A DNA stretch of 64,000 nucleotides from an uncultured Armatimonadetes bacterium (GTDB taxonomy: Bacteria > Armatimonadota > Hebobacteria > Hebobacterales > Hebobacteraceae): contig OY970296.1 of assembly GCA_963716175.1 (NCBI GenBank), positions 1,952,001 to 2,016,000 of the forward strand, given 5' to 3'. Under the pieces are notes generated by a model. It was given only the letters and a program-made list of their open reading frames with translations, was not told the DNA's origin and did no database searches. Position numbers and translations under genes: made by a program. Every line of letters begins with the position of its first letter. Position 1 is the stretch's first letter. Below, in pieces: positions 1 to 8,351 of the stretch.

Positions 1-161
1 GTTCGGCCCTATTCCTCGCTGTGCGGGGATCGGCCCATCAGACTCGACAGGTAGTCTCAGAAGCGTCCTCGGACTGCGGAAAGAGCATAGTGGATACAGG
101 ACCGGGCGAATCCGGGATGGACCGGATAGCCAGGTCCTTTTCCATTGAAAACTGTTCGAAG

Positions 162-259
162 TGTCTCGATAAAGGCAAACCGGCCGAAAGGCCGGGACGC
201 AAAGCTCTGGGCCTAAGGTCTGCTTACCGCGGACGATGGTTGCCAGGCTGCCGAAGACG
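162..259 (+). ncRNA. c-di-GMP-I (GEMM) riboswitch
   Basis: AAAGGCAAAC-CGGCC-GAAA-GGCCG-GGACGCAAAGC...GGCCTAA...GGTTGCCAGGCTGCCGA matches the GEMM consensus (GNRA-capped P2, receptor-bearing P3, P1 GTCTCG/CGAAGAC). Confidence 0.9.
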
Positions 260-359
260 CTAGCCGCCAGCCGGGTCAGACGATGACCCACGCGGCGCGG
301 CCTTCTCGGCAGCCTGGCATTTGCGTTTGTGCTGTCAAGAGGCAGAAGGAGAAGTCGAG

Positions 360-746
360 GTGACAGCCGAGGCGCAGGAGCTCTTCTCCACGGAGGATGG
401 CCGCCTCGCTATGAGCGAAGGGGAAGGGTGGGTCCTGACTACGATTACGGACCTCGCCGGCAAGGTCGGACAGCAGGCCAGAATGGCACTCTCCGAGCTG
501 CTACTGAGCATGCAGGAACTCGCAGCTCGCCTGGAGGCCCTTGGCGACGGCGCAAACAGGCCCGTCGAGGTACTCCTGGGGTTCACACCCGAGGGTGAGC
601 AGGTGTACGCTACCGTAAGCGAACACGAGATGGCGTTCGTGGAGGTCGCACGCGATGGAGTAGGCCGTCGTCGTCTATGCGGACCCTACTCGGTAGAGGA
701 AGCCCACAGGATGGTGAACGCGGTGGGGAAGGCGAGCGCGGGGTAG
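360..746 (+). CDS. hypothetical protein downstream of the c-di-GMP riboswitch
   Basis: Within ORF 321..746; AGGAG RBS before the GTG at 360; no recognisable domain. Confidence 0.5.
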   Translation: MTAEAQELFSTEDGRLAMSEGEGWVLTTITDLAGKVGQQARMALSELLLSMQELAARLEALGDGANRPVEVLLGFTPEGEQVYATVSEHEMAFVEVARDGVGRRRLCGPYSVEEAHRMVNAVGKASAG

Positions 747-869
747 GAAGCCGGCCAGCGAAAGTGCCCTCGCTGGAAGGCCCAGAGCCCGTCGCATAGA
801 TGTACTGCGCTGCGTGGCTGAAACGGCATGAGCACTCGTCCGGTCACAAACTGACGGCGAGCCGTTCGA

Positions 870-1078
870 GAACGCCCACCTGCTGCGCCACACCTTCATG
901 CGCCTCTGGCGCATTCGCCACCCACGCCCTGCGCGCCCGGCCCAACCTGCGGGCGGTGCAGGAACTGCTGGGCCACGCCTGGGTGACCACGACCCAGCGC
1001 TACACTCACCTGGAGGTAGAGGACCTGCAGGCACAGCTGGCCGATCTCCCGGCCAACCGCTTACCGGGCGTCGGCTGA
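870..1078 (+). pseudogene. C-terminal remnant of a XerC/D-like tyrosine recombinase
   Basis: HLLRHTF|[31 protein letters not shown] (HxxR, LLGH, catalytic Y) after removing a 19-bp insert at 898-916; N-terminus absent. Confidence 0.85.
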
Positions 1079-1137
1079 ATCCATACGACGCACTATGGGC
1101 CCAATTCATCAGCCGAGCAGCGCGTCTGACTCATGGG

Positions 1138-4100
1138 TCAGAGGGGCAGCTTGAAGGCCCGGGCGATGTAGACGGCCATCTGATCCCGCGTCACGTGCTC
1201 ATCCGGCCTATAGCTGCCGTCGTCATAGCCGCGCACCACGCCGTTATCTACGCAGGCTTTGATCGCGGTGCCCGACCAGAAGCCGGCCGGCACATCAGAG
1301 AAGAGTTGGGGCGCGGCCGCCATGTCATCGCCAATCTTCGCCCAGCCTTGAGAGCGAGCCACGAACACCGCCATCTGTCCGCGGTCCACCACGACCTCCG
1401 GCCGGTAGTGCGTCGGGTCGTAGCCCTCCACCACCCCGTGTCCCACGGCATACTCCACGTACCTGTAGGCCCAGTAGTCGCTCGGAACATCCGTGAACGT
1501 GGCCGCGGCCGGCCCACTCGGCACGTACGCGTCTCCGCCGGCCATAGCGCGTGATATGTAGACCGCCATCTGGTCGCGAGTCACGGGATCGGCGGGCCTA
1601 TAGGTGCCATCGGAGTAGCCCTTGACGATGCCGGCATCCACGCATGCCTTCACGGAGCCGAACGCCCAGAAATCGGTCGGTACGTCGGCGAACGTCTGCT
1701 GCGCGAGCGCCAGCGTGAAGTAGGTGGCGGACGTGCTCCGGCCGGCAACCACTCGGTCATCCGCGGCGAGGGCGCGCGTAATGTTTCGCCAGCGGCCGTC
1801 TTCCCAGGCCAGCAGCCGCACGGTCGACTCAGCGCCCGTCGGCACTTCTACGTCACGGTACGCCAGCACCAGCGACAGGCCGTCGGTGTGTGCGCCATTC
1901 GTGAGCAGCTCCCAGCAGTCGCCCAGGAAGGCGTAGCCGTCCGGCGCCGGCCCCAGCACATCGGGCGTCACGCACATCGCGGTGCTGCCTTCGGCCGTGA
2001 CCGTGTCGAAGGTGACGGTGGCGTCACCCTTGATAATGGCGACGCTGCTGCCAGTGGGGGTGTTCGGCGCCCACCAGGCGGCGCTCGCGACATACGAGTA
2101 GTCGTAGGTCAGGCGGGTGGGCTCTCCGCTGCCGTCTGCGCTGATCATCCACAGCTCGAGTCCGGGCTCGATAGCGCCGTTGCCCCAGTCCGGGTTCACC
2201 GGCAGATGGTGGGCGGAGGAGAAGACCACCGCCCCGCCACTCGGCGACCAGCACAGAAAGCTGGCTGCCGCGCAGCAGACGTAACCCGGCGGGTTGATGA
2301 AGACAGGTGTCACCTCGCCACCATCGGGGGAGATGATCCCGACGCCGGCGAGGGAGGCGCCGCCGTCGGGCGAAGTCGCCGAAAAGTTCACCCCGAGTCG
2401 GGTCGCGTCCGCTGACCAGCCGACCGAACTCCCGAGCCAGCGTACTGTCCAGCCCGGATAGCCGGCCAGCGTGGTCGGGAGCACGGGATGATCCTGCGTG
2501 CCGTCGGGATGGATCAGCCAGAGGTTGCTGCCGCTCGGGTCGCAGCAACTCAGGTAGGCAATCCACTTGCCATCCGGGGACCAGTGCGGCTTGGAGGTGT
2601 ACTTGCCGCGGTTCGCCACCAGCAGCGTCCGCGTGGGCGCGTAGAGCTTCTGGGTGTAGACGTTCAGCGGCGGGGTCCCCTGTATCTCGGTGTCGATGTA
2701 CGTCATCCAGGTGGCGTCGGGGGAAAACTCCGCGCTGTCCCAGCCCCACATGTTCGGCAGTCGCACTGGGTCGCTGCCGTCGGCGTTGGCCACGCGGATC
2801 CCCCAGTCGGAGATGCGGTAGGCGATCTTCGTGCCGTCCCAGGAGTAGCTCGGCGTGTGGGAGGCATCGGGGCCGACCCACTTGCGCTCCGAGGGAGTCG
2901 TCCCGTACTGCAGGATGGCCTGGAGGTTGTAGGGGTCGTTCTCGTTGCCGTACATCGTCTGCTCGTAGGCGAGCTTGCCGGGGAGCACTGGCAGGGCCGG
3001 CCAGGTGGTGTCGACGGTGAAGCGGTGGCGGGACGTCTGGTCGTTCCAGACGCTCACGCGCGGATCGCTTACTCGGTCGTCGACCGGAGTCCAGTCGCTG
3101 ATCTGCCAGAAGTAGGTTCGGCCCGGATCGAGCGCGGGCCCTTTGCCGTCGAAGTTGTAGACCGCCGAGGCCGGCCCGGTCGGCGAGAGCGGCACGCGCC
3201 AGATCTGGCCGCAGTCGTCCTGGTCCGGGGCGGGGCCGGTATAGGTGGTGTCTCCTTCCGCGCGCACCTGAAGCGTGCCCTTCGCGCCCGAGAGGGGAAG
3301 CCACTGGAATGTCGGGACTGCGGTTTCAATCACACTGTCCGCTGTCGGGCCTGTAAGCGTCGGCACCGCGTCGGGAACGGCCGGGAGGGCCGGCGTGGTA
3401 AGCGAGATCTGACTGCCGGCGCTGCCGACGACCGTCAGCTTGTACGACCCGGCCGGTATCGGCCCTTCCTTACGCGCCTCATAGTAGACGTAGGTATAGG
3501 TGTAGTTCGGGCCGGGGATCACACGGCAATCGACCGAGCCCCCGGGATTCGTGCCGGCGGGGTCATACCAGTCGCTGCCATCGGTGTTGATCACATGGCG
3601 GCCGCCCTGCATGTCTTCGACCCACAGCATGGAGGGCTGCTCGTACTGCGAGCCATAGACCTGGACGGTGAAGCGCGCATGCCACATCGGCCAGTCCCAC
3701 CAGTCTGCATCGCGGCCGCGGTCGATCACTACGTCTTCGATCACCGGCGCGGTCGTGACCACCTCTCCGGAGTTCACCTGGAAGTCGTCGAAGGCGACCA
3801 CGACCTCCCGGTCAGTCTGCGCCCAGGAACTGAGGCTCACCAGCATGTCGCCCGAAGGCACTACACTGGCTGCGAGTTGGAACCACGCCCCACCGTTTGT
3901 GGACCGTTGGTAAGCGCTCAGCAGGGAGTCCGCGTCGCGGACCAGTCGCAGGGTCCCCGTCTGGTCCTCTGTCCCGACCGATGCTCCGCAGATGCAGCTC
4001 GACATCGCGAGGTAGCTAACGAGGTAGGAGTTGTGGCCATCTTCCGAGCAACCCCGTTGGACACTACACAGGTCGCCGGGTGGGTCGGCGAACAGGCCGA

Positions 4101-4422
4101 GCGACCTGGGGCCGGTCGCTGGCCAGCCGATCAGCTGGAAGTCCACCTGGATATCGAACGGCCCTCGCAGCCGCCACAGTGACGCGAGATCGTCGTGGTG
4201 CTCCACCTCCGTCGGCTCCAGCGTCATAACCAGCTTGCCATCGCGCTCAACGATGGACCCACCTGCGCCGGGCCAGCAGTAGGCTCCCCACTTCGTAGTG
4301 TCTATCACGCCGTCATCGAAGTTGTCGTTGGGGTCGATGGTCTGGGCAAAGCCCACTATGCCGGCGAGGAATAGGACGCCAAGGACGGACAGCAAGACAA
4401 GCGAGGAGCGCCACATCACCAT
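1138..4422 (-). CDS. secreted SLH-domain protein with TolB/PD40-like beta-propeller
   Basis: Signal peptide; FSPD/WSPDGK repeats; three C-terminal SLH repeats (FxDVPxxFWA...GYxDGxYRP...TRDQMA). Confidence 0.9.
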   Translation of the reverse strand: MVMWRSSLVLLSVLGVLFLAGIVGFAQTIDPNDNFDDGVIDTTKWGAYCWPGAGGSIVERDGKLVMTLEPTEVEHHDDLASLWRLRGPFDIQVDFQLIGWPATGPRSLGLFADPPGDLCSVQRGCSEDGHNSYLVSYLAMSSCICGASVGTEDQTGTLRLVRDADSLLSAYQRSTNGGAWFQLAASVVPSGDMLVSLSSWAQTDREVVVAFDDFQVNSGEVVTTAPVIEDVVIDRGRDADWWDWPMWHARFTVQVYGSQYEQPSMLWVEDMQGGRHVINTDGSDWYDPAGTNPGGSVDCRVIPGPNYTYTYVYYEARKEGPIPAGSYKLTVVGSAGSQISLTTPALPAVPDAVPTLTGPTADSVIETAVPTFQWLPLSGAKGTLQVRAEGDTTYTGPAPDQDDCGQIWRVPLSPTGPASAVYNFDGKGPALDPGRTYFWQISDWTPVDDRVSDPRVSVWNDQTSRHRFTVDTTWPALPVLPGKLAYEQTMYGNENDPYNLQAILQYGTTPSERKWVGPDASHTPSYSWDGTKIAYRISDWGIRVANADGSDPVRLPNMWGWDSAEFSPDATWMTYIDTEIQGTPPLNVYTQKLYAPTRTLLVANRGKYTSKPHWSPDGKWIAYLSCCDPSGSNLWLIHPDGTQDHPVLPTTLAGYPGWTVRWLGSSVGWSADATRLGVNFSATSPDGGASLAGVGIISPDGGEVTPVFINPPGYVCCAAASFLCWSPSGGAVVFSSAHHLPVNPDWGNGAIEPGLELWMISADGSGEPTRLTYDYSYVASAAWWAPNTPTGSSVAIIKGDATVTFDTVTAEGSTAMCVTPDVLGPAPDGYAFLGDCWELLTNGAHTDGLSLVLAYRDVEVPTGAESTVRLLAWEDGRWRNITRALAADDRVVAGRSTSATYFTLALAQQTFADVPTDFWAFGSVKACVDAGIVKGYSDGTYRPADPVTRDQMAVYISRAMAGGDAYVPSGPAAATFTDVPSDYWAYRYVEYAVGHGVVEGYDPTHYRPEVVVDRGQMAVFVARSQGWAKIGDDMAAAPQLFSDVPAGFWSGTAIKACVDNGVVRGYDDGSYRPDEHVTRDQMAVYIARAFKLPL

Positions 4423-4845
4423 ACCTCCCGACTGCTCAGTTTCGGGCCGGTCCTGGATGATCGTGGGGCGTGAGCCTGCAACTCCGGCTCGGGTGTCGAC
4501 CCCTCGTACCCTTCATAGGTTCGGCTCAGGCATCGCCTTCCCTTCTGGCTCCAGCCTGGGCCGTAACCTCCAGCACTGGGGAGAACGCGGACTTCAGAGG
4601 TGAAGTGGCTGTCTCACAATCCAGTTTCCCAGACGCAGACCGGCTCGGAAGGCAGTGCAGAGGGCGTCTCACATCTGGCAGAGCCGATCATGAGACGCCC
4701 TCTGGACACCCCCGGGATCCGGGCCAACCCCCTCGGCTCTGGTCCCTCGTCCGGGGGTCTGTCGCTTCTGGGGGAGATAGTCGCACCTTTGCTCCACCCC
4801 GCTCCCGAGCGCGGCCCTGAAGCCCACTGGGGTGCCGTTTTGGGC

Positions 4846-5268
4846 TTACACGGTCCCCGGTCGCGCGTTGGCCCGGTCAGTGAGTTCCCGCTGCCGCTTC
4901 TGCCGCTCATACTCCGCGAAGTACTGCTCTTCGCGCCGTCGGCAGTACTCGTCCTGCCCGGCATACCTCTCCTCCCGGATGCTCTGCAGCAGCCGGGCCG
5001 CCTCCTCGGCCTGCGCGGGAGTGGCGGCGGTGATCAGCTTCTGGATTGCAGACCGGCCCTCCCAGGGCTCGAACTCCTCCGGTGCCGTGCGCCAGCGTTC
5101 GGCGATCCGGCTCGAGTGGGCACGGAACTTCGCCGCTGCCTGCTCGACCTCGCCCACCACATCCTGGTTGGCGAACGGATTCGGCTCCTCCCCCGGCGCG
5201 GGCGCGAGTCGTGCCTCCAGGTTGGCGATGCGGGCGGTCAGCGCGGTAGAGGTGTGCCTGCGCATCAT
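4846..5268 (-). CDS. hypothetical helical protein
   Basis: GGAG RBS before the ATG at 5268; same operon as 5294-5707. Confidence 0.55.
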   Translation of the reverse strand: MMRRHTSTALTARIANLEARLAPAPGEEPNPFANQDVVGEVEQAAAKFRAHSSRIAERWRTAPEEFEPWEGRSAIQKLITAATPAQAEEAARLLQSIREERYAGQDEYCRRREEQYFAEYERQKRQRELTDRANARPGTV

Positions 5269-5293
5269 GGGCTCCAGGACCTCCTCAGCTCCA

Positions 5294-5707
5294 TCAGGTG
5301 AAGATGCGCCTGCCGTAGTGCCGGTAGACCGCCTCCAGGAACTGGGGATTGGGCTGGTTGGCGATCCCTTCATAGACCGGGAAGTACTTGCCGGTCTGCC
5401 AGAAGAGGGAGGTGAGGAACTCGGCGATGCAGCCGTTGTGCTCCGCCAGTTCCGGCACGATCGTGCTGCGCTTGTCCCAGCGGCCAGGCTCGATCTCGAA
5501 GGATTCCTCCGTGCGGCTGGGGTCGGTGATGGCGCGGTAGCCCTCCGGGGTGCGCTCGACGTAGCCGCGCGCACAAGCGGCCAGCAAGGACCGGCAGGCC
5601 TGCGCTTGCTCCTCAACGCTCCAGCCGAGGCCCTCCGCCGGCGGCCGCGCCCGGGCCTCCAGTTGCGCCACCTGGCGGGCCGTCTGCCTGAGATGACTAC
5701 GCAGCAT
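5294..5707 (-). CDS. hypothetical protein
   Basis: 137-aa ORF whose start overlaps the upstream gene's stop; GC3-rich codons. Confidence 0.6.
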   Translation of the reverse strand: MLRSHLRQTARQVAQLEARARPPAEGLGWSVEEQAQACRSLLAACARGYVERTPEGYRAITDPSRTEESFEIEPGRWDKRSTIVPELAEHNGCIAEFLTSLFWQTGKYFPVYEGIANQPNPQFLEAVYRHYGRRIFT

Positions 5708-6287
5708 TCAGCTTCTCCTCCAGCGACTGGACCCGGACGAGCAGGTCCTCCTCGACGACGCCCTTGCGGTCATGCTCCAGGATCACCTCCGCGGCGCGGA
5801 TGCGGGCGGTCTTGGGGGCGTCGGTGTCCTGCATCACCTTCACCAGCACGGTGATCGCGGCGTTGGCCGCCCGCCGCAGCAGCCGTAGGGTCTCCCGGTA
5901 GCTCTCCTGGCGAGCCCGCTGGTAAGCCTGGGCGAACGCCTCCAGCTTCAGCCAGCGCCGCAGGGTCGGCTCGCTCACCCTGGCTTTGGTGGCCGCCGCC
6001 GCGATGGTCGCCTCCGAGAGCAGGCATGCTATCGCCCGTCCTTGCCGCGGCGACAGGCCGGAATTCTCAGTCGCCCCGCAGAGTAACGCACCTCCGGGAA
6101 GTGCTGCTCCATCACTGGCTTCACGCCTTCGTGGTAGAGCCGCTCTGCCAGCACTATGCCTTTGACGAACCGGTATCCATTCATAGTCGTTCTCGCGCCG
6201 GAACAGGGTCGGTCTGCACGTCGTGCGTGCAGACGCTCTGCCCTCTGCCGTAGGCCTCAGGGGCGTGAGCGCCATCCTTGCTCTCAC
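5697..6287 (-). CDS. HTH protein resembling phage terminase small subunit (true start uncertain, probably ~6090)
   Basis: LSPRQxRAIACLLSEATIAAAATKARVSEPTLRRWLK...AYQRAR...RIRAAEVIL pattern. Confidence 0.6.
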   Translation of the reverse strand: MRARMALTPLRPTAEGRASARTTCRPTLFRRENDYEWIPVRQRHSAGRAALPRRREASDGAALPGGALLCGATENSGLSPRQGRAIACLLSEATIAAAATKARVSEPTLRRWLKLEAFAQAYQRARQESYRETLRLLRRAANAAITVLVKVMQDTDAPKTARIRAAEVILEHDRKGVVEEDLLVRVQSLEEKLNAA

Positions 6288-6825
6288 CGAACGCCTGGCG
6301 GAAAGTCAAGCGGTCCGAGGTGTCGCCGTTGGAGCTCTGCCATGGTTCGCGCTTGGTGCACTCGAATCCTGAAGACTCATAAAGGCTAACTGCAGCCGCG
6401 TTGGTGGCGCTCGTGTGTATGCCGAACATCCTGACGCAGCCGGAATTGCTCGCTTCGGCTGTCAGCAGTTCCAGGATGCGTCTGCCATGACCGTGCCCTC
6501 TCCGCCTCGGCGCGACACAGAAGAACGTCAGCCATAGGCATCCCGGTTCGTTGAAGGGATACTCCAGGCGCAGGTAGGCGACCAGCTCGTGGCAGCGCGC
6601 GCTCTCGACCACGAGGTGGCGAAGGCCGGTCGTAGCCGGCTCTTCATACCAGAGCCGTCGCAGGGTCTGCTCAGCGTACTCCGCTGTCTCCCCAATCGCC
6701 ACGAGAGTGGTTGGATCGAGCAGCATGCTGAGAATCCCCGGCAGATCCGTCTCTGTCGCCAAACGCAGTCGCAGGTCACCCGACTCAGCGCCGTCCAGAT
6801 GCAGTGCGTCCCAACTGCTCTCCAT
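6181..6825 (-). CDS. GNAT family N-acetyltransferase
   Basis: VAPRRRGHGHGR acetyl-CoA motif A and NAAAVSLYESSGF motif B; GAGGAG RBS. Confidence 0.85.
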   Translation of the reverse strand: MESSWDALHLDGAESGDLRLRLATETDLPGILSMLLDPTTLVAIGETAEYAEQTLRRLWYEEPATTGLRHLVVESARCHELVAYLRLEYPFNEPGCLWLTFFCVAPRRRGHGHGRRILELLTAEASNSGCVRMFGIHTSATNAAAVSLYESSGFECTKREPWQSSNGDTSDRLTFRQAFGESKDGAHAPEAYGRGQSVCTHDVQTDPVPARERL

Positions 6826-6949
6826 AGGGTTCTCCTCGGGCTTGTGCCCTCTAGGGTGTCTTGGGTCAGGAACCTCGAGGAGGCCGGCCACGGAAAGCGC
6901 CACAGACCTGCTGGCCCGTGGCGCGCGTGGTCGGGGAGCGGCGGTTAGC

Positions 6950-7024
6950 TCAGGTGAGTGTGGCTCCAGGCCGTGCAGGCAGGTGATGACCGGTCTCTCT
7001 CGGGTTACGAGTTGTCGTCTTCAT
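6950..7024 (-). CDS. putative 24-aa leader peptide (MKTTTRNPRETGHHLPARPGATLT)
   Basis: AGGGAGGT RBS 7 nt before the ATG, just downstream of a consensus promoter. Confidence 0.4.
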   Translation of the reverse strand: MKTTTRNPRETGHHLPARPGATLT

Positions 7025-7060
7025 GGTCACCACCTCCCTTCTGCTAAATAGAGTAGCGAT

Positions 7061-7089
7061 AGTCTACTCATCCGATTGGTTGCTGTCAA
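7061..7089 (-). promoter_or_regulatory. sigma70-type promoter with overlapping inverted repeat
   Basis: TTGACA-17 bp-TAGACT on the - strand; GAGTAG-N7-CTACTC palindrome overlapping the -10. Confidence 0.65.
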
Positions 7090-7472
7090 CTGCGAGATGA
7101 CCTCTCGCGATGGTCCTTCCGAAACCTCCGCTGCAGCTCCCCCGGCGTCCGGTTCAGCACGGTAGGTTCAGGCACTCGCGCCTTCTGCTCCTCCATCGCC
7201 AGCCGCTCGACAAACGGCGTAAGCACGTGCACACGGCTCGGGTGAAACGGCGGCCGCCCTGATGGCCGAGAGCGGATCGCGGCACCGTCTGCAGAGCGAG
7301 AAGCGAGTAACCTCTGACGGGCGCGCCTCGTGAGCGCGAACACCGGAAGTGCCCGCCTCATCGTCGGGTGCCAGTGGGCAGCATGCAGTTACAGGTCTAT
7401 GCTATCGCACCCGGGTCAGATGTGAATACCCTGTCTTCGCGCGGAATGGGCGAGGAACCCGCCGTTACGGAG

Positions 7473-8351
7473 CTAGTGCACCGGGGTGCCCCACCTCGCC
7501 TTGTAGACATGCTCTCCCGCCCAGTTGACTACCCGATCGGGTTGCATGAGAAGCACTCGTTCAGCCCACCACTTCTCACCCCCCCCTTGGACATAGGCTA
7601 TCTGGCCAGTCACCGGGTTGGTCGAGATGCTGTTCACATGGCCGGTTTCTCTGAGCTGCGGATGCAGTTTGAAACTCCGCTTATCCCGGTCAAAGAGCCA
7701 GCAGTGACTGCCGGTCGTCACGGTCATCAGCGGGCTGTCTGGCACCGGATACAGGTCATGCCCTCCGCCTTCAGGGAGATCCACTATGAAGAACATCGCG
7801 AGCGAGGGATTACCTGAGTCCCAGTCTACCAGCCGGTAGGCCCTGATGTCGCGGTGCGCAAGTGCCCATAGGACTCCCCGGGCTTCATCCCATACAACCC
7901 CGTGTCCCTCGGGTAGTGCCGTGCTGAACAGCTCTTTCTCGGAGGTATTGGCATCGTAGATGATGAGCTGGTCGCAGTTCCGCGGTGGCCCGCTGCCCTC
8001 GTGACCCGAAGTGGCCACGGCCACCCGGCCTCCAGGCAGCAGGTCTGCCGAGTGGGCGTTCTCGGCCACAGCCCAGAAGGATGCTCTGCCCGTTCCTCGC
8101 TCCACCAGCGCCACGCCGGAACCTGAGGATGTGATGAGTATCCACTTCCCCCCGCCCAACGGCTTGCATTCGTCGGTGCTAGCGAACTGCCATTGCTTGA
8201 GTTCCGCGGGCAGTTCAGGGCAGTCCTTGGCCCGCCATCTCCACATCTTCTTTGGCTTCCCGTTCTCTTCCCGGGGAAGGTCGAGAATGTACACCTCATC
8301 CCCGCCGCACACTATCAGCTCCTGGGATGCTGCCGCTGTCTGGCCTCCCAC
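7473..8351 (-). CDS. DUF6528-like beta-propeller protein, 5'-truncated by IS3
   Basis: STDECKP, ENAHSADLLPGG, GHGVVWD, GGHDL, VYKARW motifs; frame runs into the IS IRL at 8352. Confidence 0.75.
   Translation of the reverse strand: MGGQTAAASQELIVCGGDEVYILDLPREENGKPKKMWRWRAKDCPELPAELKQWQFASTDECKPLGGGKWILITSSGSGVALVERGTGRASFWAVAENAHSADLLPGGRVAVATSGHEGSGPPRNCDQLIIYDANTSEKELFSTALPEGHGVVWDEARGVLWALAHRDIRAYRLVDWDSGNPSLAMFFIVDLPEGGGHDLYPVPDSPLMTVTTGSHCWLFDRDKRSFKLHPQLRETGHVNSISTNPVTGQIAYVQGGGEKWWAERVLLMQPDRVVNWAGEHVYKARWGTPVH

Noticed and set aside
2024-4182. Long alternative-frame and antisense ORFs (e.g. 2488-4182, 17601-19319, 60256-61524)
   Set aside because: Shadow ORFs of GC-rich genes with no recognisable motifs
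4476-4506. ACTCCGGCTC...TCGACCCCTCG as a 15th repeat copy
   Set aside because: Only short matches, with no GGAGTC arm
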